IMG/VR virus record: IMGVR_UViG_3300025882_000423
DNA length: 20,000 nucleotides
Origin: an uncultured virus (IMG/VR IMGVR_UViG_3300025882_000423)
Taxonomy: Duplodnaviria > Heunggongvirae > Uroviricota > Caudoviricetes
Strand: one strand, 5' to 3'
Part shown: piece after piece, positions 14,454-20,000 of the stretch
Numbering within the stretch: the first letter of the stretch is position 1
How the letters are laid out: each line of letters begins with the position of its first letter
The notes under the pieces: generated by a model
The model's input: only the letters and a program-made list of their open reading frames with translations
The model's database searches: none
What the model was told of the DNA's origin: nothing
Translations under genes and position numbers: made by a program

Positions 14454-16167
14454 TATTGATGACTTAGACATTAAGCCAATTAAAAGCTGGCGTGAGTTTG
14501 AAGCAGAGCTCGCCCAGCTGGGCGAAGATCTACGCGCAACCATTGAGCTAGAGTGCGAGGCTTTTGACGTTGACCCAGCGGCCAGCAAAGCACGCCGTGA
14601 ACGCGCGATTTTTGATTATGAGTTTTTTTGTCGGACGTACTTTCCACACTATGTGCCTACTGAGCATTTTAGTGTTTTTCAGCAATTTATCTTTAAGCAG
14701 CTACCAGCCTGTATAGACTCACCAAAAGATGCACGCGAAGACCATGAAGCGCCACGCGGTGAGGCTAAATCAACTTATGAAACACAGTTAGGCTCTCTCT
14801 GGTCAATTTGCCGCGCAACTTATATTCAGCAGCATATCACCAGTGGCAAGCTGCCGCGCAAAGCTCGCAAGCACATGATCGGTATCATTATGAATACCGA
14901 AGAGCAAGCCGCTGAAATGCTAGAAAGTATCAAAGCTGAGTTAGATACTAACCCACGCTTAATGATGGATTTTAGCGAAGCTACAGGGCAAGGCAGAGTG
15001 TGGCAAGCCACCACGGCCATCACGGCTAACAACATCAAAGTGCGCATTGGTGGCACGGGTAAAAAGCTACGCGGTATGAAACATGGCCCACATCGGCCAG
15101 ACCAAATTCACCTAGATGACTTAGAAAACGACGACAATGTTAAGTCTCTAGAGCAACGCAAAAAAACGCAAGACTTTGTCTTAAAAGCCGTGCTTGGCTT
15201 GGCTGGCCCACAAGGTGGCATGGATGTATTTTTAGTAGGTACCAGCCTACATTATGATGCTGCGATTAACCGCATAGGCCGCGCACCCGGGTGGCGTTTA
15301 CGCGTGTTTAAATCCATTATGCGCTGGCCAGACAATATGCACCTCTGGGATCAGTGGGAGGCGATTTATGCGCGCCCTGGTACACCTGAAGAAAAAGACG
15401 AAGCCGAGGCCGAAGCCTTAGCCTTTTATGAGGCTAACAAAGCCGAAATGGAAAAAGGCGCGGTGGTCAGCTGGCCACAAGTGCGCCCGCTATACCGCTT
15501 AATGTGCATGCGCGCGATTGACCATGAAGCCTTTAACCATGAGCAACAAAACGAGGCTGGCAATAGTGAAGATGCACCATTTAAAACGATACAATTTTGG
15601 GTTAATAAACTATCTGATTGGCTATTTTTTGGGTCGATTGACCCATCTATGGGCAAGAAAAAGAAAAAAAATGATTACTCAGCAATATTGGTTGGTGGAT
15701 ACAGAATTGTGACCATGACCTTAGATGTAGTCGAGGCTGATATACAGCGCCGTGTGCCAGATCTGATTATTACGCACGCCATTGATTACCAGAAAGAATA
15801 TAACTGCTTGATGTGGGCAGTTGAGACCGTGGCTTTTCAAGAGTTTTTATATACAGAACTACTCAAACGCGCGATTAAAGAAGGTGTTTATTTTCCTACG
15901 GCGCCAGAGGGTGGTGTTGAGAAAGGTCGCGACAAAGATCTGGCTATTTTATCGTTGCAGCCTCCTGTTAATCGCGGTCAGATTCGTTTGCATCATCAGC
16001 AAAGCAAGCTTATTGATCAGCTGAAGTTTTACCCTGAAGCCGACCATGACGACGGCCCTGACGCACTAGAGATGCTGTGGAAGATTGCCACCAGCTATTC
16101 ACAAGCCTTTGAGTATGTATCCGCTGCCAGCAACCGTGGCAAAAATAATGATGATATGGATGACTAA
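14446..16167 (+). CDS. Terminase large subunit
   Basis: F..TYFPHY, Walker A-like APRGEAKST, RG....PHRPD.I.LDD.END, nuclease motifs GSIDPS, DYSAI, E...FQ and HDDGPDALEM. Start moved to ATG 14446. Confidence 0.95.
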   Translation: MADIDDLDIKPIKSWREFEAELAQLGEDLRATIELECEAFDVDPAASKARRERAIFDYEFFCRTYFPHYVPTEHFSVFQQFIFKQLPACIDSPKDAREDHEAPRGEAKSTYETQLGSLWSICRATYIQQHITSGKLPRKARKHMIGIIMNTEEQAAEMLESIKAELDTNPRLMMDFSEATGQGRVWQATTAITANNIKVRIGGTGKKLRGMKHGPHRPDQIHLDDLENDDNVKSLEQRKKTQDFVLKAVLGLAGPQGGMDVFLVGTSLHYDAAINRIGRAPGWRLRVFKSIMRWPDNMHLWDQWEAIYARPGTPEEKDEAEAEALAFYEANKAEMEKGAVVSWPQVRPLYRLMCMRAIDHEAFNHEQQNEAGNSEDAPFKTIQFWVNKLSDWLFFGSIDPSMGKKKKKNDYSAILVGGYRIVTMTLDVVEADIQRRVPDLIITHAIDYQKEYNCLMWAVETVAFQEFLYTELLKRAIKEGVYFPTAPEGGVEKGRDKDLAILSLQPPVNRGQIRLHHQQSKLIDQLKFYPEADHDDGPDALEMLWKIATSYSQAFEYVSAASNRGKNNDDMDD

Positions 16168-16169
16168 AA

Positions 16170-17759
16170 ATGAGCAGAAAACATAAAAAAGCCGCTTTTA
16201 AAGCTGCACCGCCTACAGGCAAACCAGACACCAACTTGCAAGCTGGGCCGCGTACCAGCCTTGGCCACACACTTAATTATGCTAGCGTTAACACGCTTGA
16301 CCCTAGCCGTTTGGCCAATGCATTCAGGCAGGCAGATAGTGGCCAGATTACGCACCAGGCATCATTGTTTGAGTTGGTAGAAGAGCAAGACGCACATATT
16401 TATGCCGAGTTGGCCAAGCGTAAGCGCGGCATTACCTCATTGGGCTGGCAACTTGAGCCGTCTGATGATGCTGATCAGTCAGAGCTAGATCGTACTGATC
16501 AGCTGGAAGATATGATCCGCAAAATCCCCAATATTGAAGACGCACAATATGACTTGGCTGACGGTATAGGCAAAGGCTTTAGTGCGCTTGAAATAGAGTG
16601 GCGCTTTGGCGCAGAATGGCTACCAAAAGCACTGCACTATGTGCCGCAGCGTGACTTTGTGCTGCATGATAAAGACCGCCACTTACAATATAACGGCACA
16701 GGCATACCGGAAGATTTAAGACCGTTTGGCTGGGTGATTCACGAGCATAAAGCTAAGTCTGGCTATATGGAGCAATCAGCGTTATTTCGCGTGTTGGCGT
16801 GGACGTATGCTTACAAAGCCTACACGATTAAAGATATGCAGCGCTTTTTAGAGCTGTACGGCTTGCCGCTGCGCTTAGGTAAATACCCTGCGGGCATCGA
16901 TAAAGCCTCACGCGACCAATTGCTCAAAGCCGTGAGGTCAATCGGTAATGATGGCGCTGGCGTAATACCAGCCAATATGATGATTGAATTTGTCCAGGCA
17001 CAAGCTAAAGGCAATGTCACCGACTTTTTAAGCAATATAGAATATTGGGAGCAAAAACAAAGTAAGGCTATTTTGGGCGGTGAGCCTGACGGTAAGTCGA
17101 TGACTGAAGCGCGCATTATGTTATTTGATAAAACGCGTCGAGAGATCATGCTGCACGATGTATCACAAATGCAGCCGACACTCACCGAGCAGCTGGTAGC
17201 ACCTATCAATTTATACAACGGTATCTTTACGCCAGACCGCATGCCCAAGTGGTCATACTTAACCCAAGAGTCTGTTGATCAGCAAAAAATGGTTACCGTG
17301 TTGCAAGCGGCTACAGGGCTAGGCATGGAGATTAGCCTAGAGTATGCGCATGAGGTAATGCAAATACCAAAAGCTGAAAAAGGCGCGCGATTGCTTGGCA
17401 AGGTTGCCGAACCAAAGCAAGACCAGGATAAACCAAAGTCGGAAAAACCAGAGCCAAAAGAAGATGACGAAGATGAAACCAAAAGCGCACTCACACGCTT
17501 GGCCACACTGGCAAAACAGCAAGGTGCAAGCGCTGATCTAACCGATGCTTACACTGCACAACTGGCTGCACTTGGTGCAAAACATGAAGCCACATTGGTG
17601 CAAAAGATATCAGCCGTGGTGGCCGAGGCTGGCGACTTTGATGAGGCGATAGCAGGCATAGAAGCGCTGGCTGTTGACTTTAAAGTGCCAGCACTGGCAG
17701 AGGTGATTGCGCTTGGTTTGGCCGCAGCGAATTTGGGTGGACGCAGTGAGGTAATATAA
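16170..17759 (+). CDS. Portal protein (Mu gp29 / DUF935)
   Basis: LFE..EE.D.H..AEL.KRK, D.I.KG.S..EI.W, F.E.YGLP.R.GKY, SKAILG. Confidence 0.93.
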   Translation: MSRKHKKAAFKAAPPTGKPDTNLQAGPRTSLGHTLNYASVNTLDPSRLANAFRQADSGQITHQASLFELVEEQDAHIYAELAKRKRGITSLGWQLEPSDDADQSELDRTDQLEDMIRKIPNIEDAQYDLADGIGKGFSALEIEWRFGAEWLPKALHYVPQRDFVLHDKDRHLQYNGTGIPEDLRPFGWVIHEHKAKSGYMEQSALFRVLAWTYAYKAYTIKDMQRFLELYGLPLRLGKYPAGIDKASRDQLLKAVRSIGNDGAGVIPANMMIEFVQAQAKGNVTDFLSNIEYWEQKQSKAILGGEPDGKSMTEARIMLFDKTRREIMLHDVSQMQPTLTEQLVAPINLYNGIFTPDRMPKWSYLTQESVDQQKMVTVLQAATGLGMEISLEYAHEVMQIPKAEKGARLLGKVAEPKQDQDKPKSEKPEPKEDDEDETKSALTRLATLAKQQGASADLTDAYTAQLAALGAKHEATLVQKISAVVAEAGDFDEAIAGIEALAVDFKVPALAEVIALGLAAANLGGRSEVI

Positions 17760-18028
17760 TGATAGGCAAAAGACTTTATAGAGAAGATGGCGAAGAGAAT
17801 TTTCTAAATCGCATTTTTAATACACATGGCTCCTATGGAACGGCCAATGGCAAAGACTGGTTTTGCTCAACACCCAATGGATTGTTTGGTAATATCAGCA
17901 ACCATTCTGTAACTGAGCATGAAGATGGCACAATCACTGTGTCGCCATCAATATTAGTATCACAAAGTCATAATAATTTAAGTTGGCATGGATGGCTTGA
18001 AAAAGGCATCTGGCGTGAGTGCTCTTAA
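17759..18028 (+). CDS. Inserted hypothetical protein (89 aa), DUF6527-like C-terminal motif
   Basis: DGTITVSPSIL...WHGWL.KG.W. TAATG-coupled to the portal upstream and to MuF downstream. GAGG RBS. AT-richer than its neighbours. Confidence 0.75.
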   Translation: MIGKRLYREDGEENFLNRIFNTHGSYGTANGKDWFCSTPNGLFGNISNHSVTEHEDGTITVSPSILVSQSHNNLSWHGWLEKGIWRECS

Positions 18029-19326
18029 TGGCAGTCAATCCCACTCAACTCCCATTCAAAGAAGCGATCGCTTTCTACCGCGATAAAATCAAACTGCCAA
18101 CCAGCGGCTGGACTGATATTTGGGAAGAGCAGCACAGCAAAGCCTTTGTGGTGGCTGGTGCTCAATCTGACGCGCTGCTTGAGGACTTTTACAACGCCTT
18201 GCAAGATGCTAAACAAAACGGCGGTGGCTATGCCGACTTTAAAGAACGCTTTGGCCAAATAGTCGATAAACACGGCTGGAGCTACAACGGAACACCAGGC
18301 TGGCGCAGCCGCATAACATACGATACCAATATTACGCAGGCTTATAGCGCTGGCCGTTATGTGCAAATGCGAGAAGTTAAGCACCTACGGCCATACTGGC
18401 AGTATGAGCACACCAGCATTGAGCACCCACGATTAGAGCATAAATCATGGGATGGCATTATTCTGCCAGCCGACGATGCATGGTTTGATACGCACATGCC
18501 CCAAAACGGCTGGGGTTGTAAATGCCGTATTCACTCGCTTAGCAGTTATGAGGCCGAACAAGCTTGGATGGCCAAAGGCAACACTGGCCCAGATGAAGCG
18601 CCAAAAATCATTTGGGAAGATAAAATCGTCGGCAAAAACGGCAGCAACCCGCGCGTAGTAAGCACGCCTGAAGGCATTGACCCCGGCTTTGCATATAACC
18701 CGGGTAAAGCGTATTTAGAGCCGCACAGCCCATATCCCTATGGATATGAGGCCATCAACCCTAAAAATATTAACAAGAGTGGGCATTATGTGCGCACGGC
18801 CAACTTTGATGAACCGCTGCCAGCCACGCCCATGCAGCCACATTGGCTTAATGATAAATCAATCTCAGGTGAAGCTGCAGTCATTAACTTTTTAGATTTC
18901 TTTAATGCTGACCTCAATAATGCTAGCGTGTTTACTGACAAGGCTGGGGTTAACATCAGCATATCAAAAGCCTTGTTTATTGAGGGCAAAGACAAAGCGT
19001 CAGACCAGTTTAAGTGGCTTGAGGCTGAGGGTAAAGCTGCTAGATTAGAGTATTTAAACTTGTTAGCTCTCTCAATTGCAGACCCAGACGAGATATGGTG
19101 GCAATGGGAAAAAGAACGAAGCGAAAAAGGCCGGTGGCGCTTACAGCGTCGATACCTAAAAACGTTTGAGATTAGCGGTGATACTAAATATGCTATTAGC
19201 TCATTTAGTTGGAACCATAAAACAGGCTGGCAAGGTGCCACGACTTTTGTGCCAGATAACAAAGACCCAGCTGAGTATTTTGCTAAGCAACGTCTTGGTA
19301 GACTGGTTTATAAACGCACAAAATAA
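18028..19326 (+). CDS. MuF (gp30) minor head protein fused to a C-terminal PBECR2-like nuclease-fold domain
   Basis: MuF domain: PF.EAI.F...K, AF.VAG, TN...AYSAGR, PYW.Y, R.EH..WDG..LP.DD.W..H.P.NGWGC.C, DPGF.YNPG. C-terminus: LLA..I.DPDEIW...L.RRYL..F...W.G.T.F...Y..KQR.G.L.Y.R. Start ATG 18028. Confidence 0.88.
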   Translation: MAVNPTQLPFKEAIAFYRDKIKLPTSGWTDIWEEQHSKAFVVAGAQSDALLEDFYNALQDAKQNGGGYADFKERFGQIVDKHGWSYNGTPGWRSRITYDTNITQAYSAGRYVQMREVKHLRPYWQYEHTSIEHPRLEHKSWDGIILPADDAWFDTHMPQNGWGCKCRIHSLSSYEAEQAWMAKGNTGPDEAPKIIWEDKIVGKNGSNPRVVSTPEGIDPGFAYNPGKAYLEPHSPYPYGYEAINPKNINKSGHYVRTANFDEPLPATPMQPHWLNDKSISGEAAVINFLDFFNADLNNASVFTDKAGVNISISKALFIEGKDKASDQFKWLEAEGKAARLEYLNLLALSIADPDEIWWQWEKERSEKGRWRLQRRYLKTFEISGDTKYAISSFSWNHKTGWQGATTFVPDNKDPAEYFAKQRLGRLVYKRTK

Positions 19327-19352
19327 AAACGCTACCTCTGCATGGGTAGCGT
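19320..19352 (-). terminator. Intrinsic terminator on the - strand
   Basis: Minus strand ACGCTACC-catgcaga-GGTAGCGT followed by TTTTATTTT. The U-tract exists only in the antisense direction. Confidence 0.75.
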
Positions 19353-19406
19353 CTATGGAGCAGATTGGTGGGTTATGCAGAACCGCAACTTCATCTCCAC
19401 GCGAAT
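19320..19406 (-). ncRNA. Candidate small RNA (about 80-85 nt), antisense to the late operon
   Basis: Bounded by a sigma70-like promoter and a terminator. Two hairpins have complementary loops (CUGCAU and cAUGCAGa). Confidence 0.6.
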
Positions 19407-19410
19407 GGTT

Positions 19411-19439
19411 AGTATATGCAACTTGAATTTAAAATACAA
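19411..19439 (-). promoter_or_regulatory. Antisense sigma70-like promoter overlapping the gpG start
   Basis: Minus strand TTGTAT (19439-19434), 17 nt, TATACT (19416-19411). Confidence 0.6.
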
Positions 19440-20000
19440 GATATAGATACACTTAAATCAATGCAGCGCATTCAAAGCATGCTGCAGCATCCAGACCACT
19501 TACTTAAGAGCCTTGGCGAAAGCTTGCTACGCGTTAATAAAAAGCGACATGCACAAGGCTTAGCACCAGACGGCACACCGTGGAAACCTAACGCCAAAAG
19601 CACCTACGACGCATACGCCAGCGGCCTAAGCAAAAGCAGCTATGGGAAAGATGGCAGGCTTAATGCCAAAGGCGCAACCAAAGTGGCCAACAAAAAGCCA
19701 CTGCATGCATCAGGCGACATGCTTAACTCGTTAAACTATCAGGTAGCAGACAATGAATTGAAACTGGGTTTTGATGGAGAGCGCAACGCAAAGCTAGCGT
19801 TTTGGCATCATGGAGGCACTGATCCATACTTGATACAACCATTGAATAAACGTGCTTTAGCGTTCGGTGGTATAGTGGTTAAAAAGGTCAATCACCCGGG
19901 CTTAACTGCACGACCACTTTTAGACATGCCAGCGAGTGATTTAGTCTTAATTCAAAGCGTAGTTGCAGACCATTTAAAAGTAGTTTTAAACAGAGTTTAA
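19416..20000 (+). CDS. Virion morphogenesis protein (Mu gpG / gp31 family)
   Basis: L...GE.L......R......PDG.PW.P, L..SG...NS, A..HHGG, PG..ARP.L. Follows MuF. Stop TAA at 19998-20000. Confidence 0.9.
   Translation: MQLEFKIQDIDTLKSMQRIQSMLQHPDHLLKSLGESLLRVNKKRHAQGLAPDGTPWKPNAKSTYDAYASGLSKSSYGKDGRLNAKGATKVANKKPLHASGDMLNSLNYQVADNELKLGFDGERNAKLAFWHHGGTDPYLIQPLNKRALAFGGIVVKKVNHPGLTARPLLDMPASDLVLIQSVVADHLKVVLNRV

Larger units (their letters stand above)
1..20000. mobile_element. Mu-like transposable prophage (B3/BcepMu-type gene set), internal segment
   Basis: Co-occurrence of A, B, gemA, mor, DUF3164, repressor/ner switch, lysis genes, terminase, DUF935 portal, F, G, I and T. No ends are visible in the window. 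Confidence 0.97.

Noticed and set aside
12133..19262. Minus-strand ORFs opposite the late operon (e.g. 13651..13965, 16820..17248, 18025..18384, 18786..19262)
   Set aside because: Antisense shadows of conserved structural genes.
19166..19426. 86-aa + strand ORF as a possible MuF immunity protein
   Set aside because: Non-ATG start, no clear RBS, overlaps MuF by 160 nt out of frame, and crosses the structured intergenic region.
1..20000. CRISPR array, tRNA/rRNA genes, prophage ends, invertase or mom genes
   Set aside because: No regularly spaced repeats, cloverleaf or rRNA-like sequence, terminal transposase-binding arrays or matching ORFs were seen by eye in this window.

Overview
The whole window is the interior of a Mu-like (transposable) prophage of the B3/BcepMu type; no host genes or prophage ends are visible. 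A divergent control region at about 10760-10848 separates two arms. The leftward (- strand) early operon runs: ner-like regulator, a coiled-coil protein with an AT-hook-like tail, DDE transposase A, AAA+ protein B, small accessory genes, DUF3164, HU, gemA, mor. The rightward (+ strand) arm carries the repressor, a secreted moron-like gene, the lysis cassette, terminase, portal, MuF with a nuclease-like C-terminal extension, and gpG. Unusually, the head protease/scaffold (I/Z) and major capsid (T) genes lie downstream of mor on the - strand, about 18 kb from gpG and in the opposite orientation. Both late units are preceded by an identical 18-bp dyad placed 26 nt before a -10-like hexamer. The best candidate for an undescribed system is a small antisense transcription unit (promoter, two hairpins with complementary kissing loops, intrinsic terminator) directly behind the MuF-nuclease gene, where an immunity gene would normally be. 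It may be an RNA antitoxin or RNA partner. Other non-coding or hidden signals: a structured RNA candidate upstream of the phage HU gene, intragenic palindromes upstream of the transposase, a clamp-binding-like tail on Mor, and several small genes absent from the ORF track. All family assignments come from motif recognition by eye; no database searches were run.
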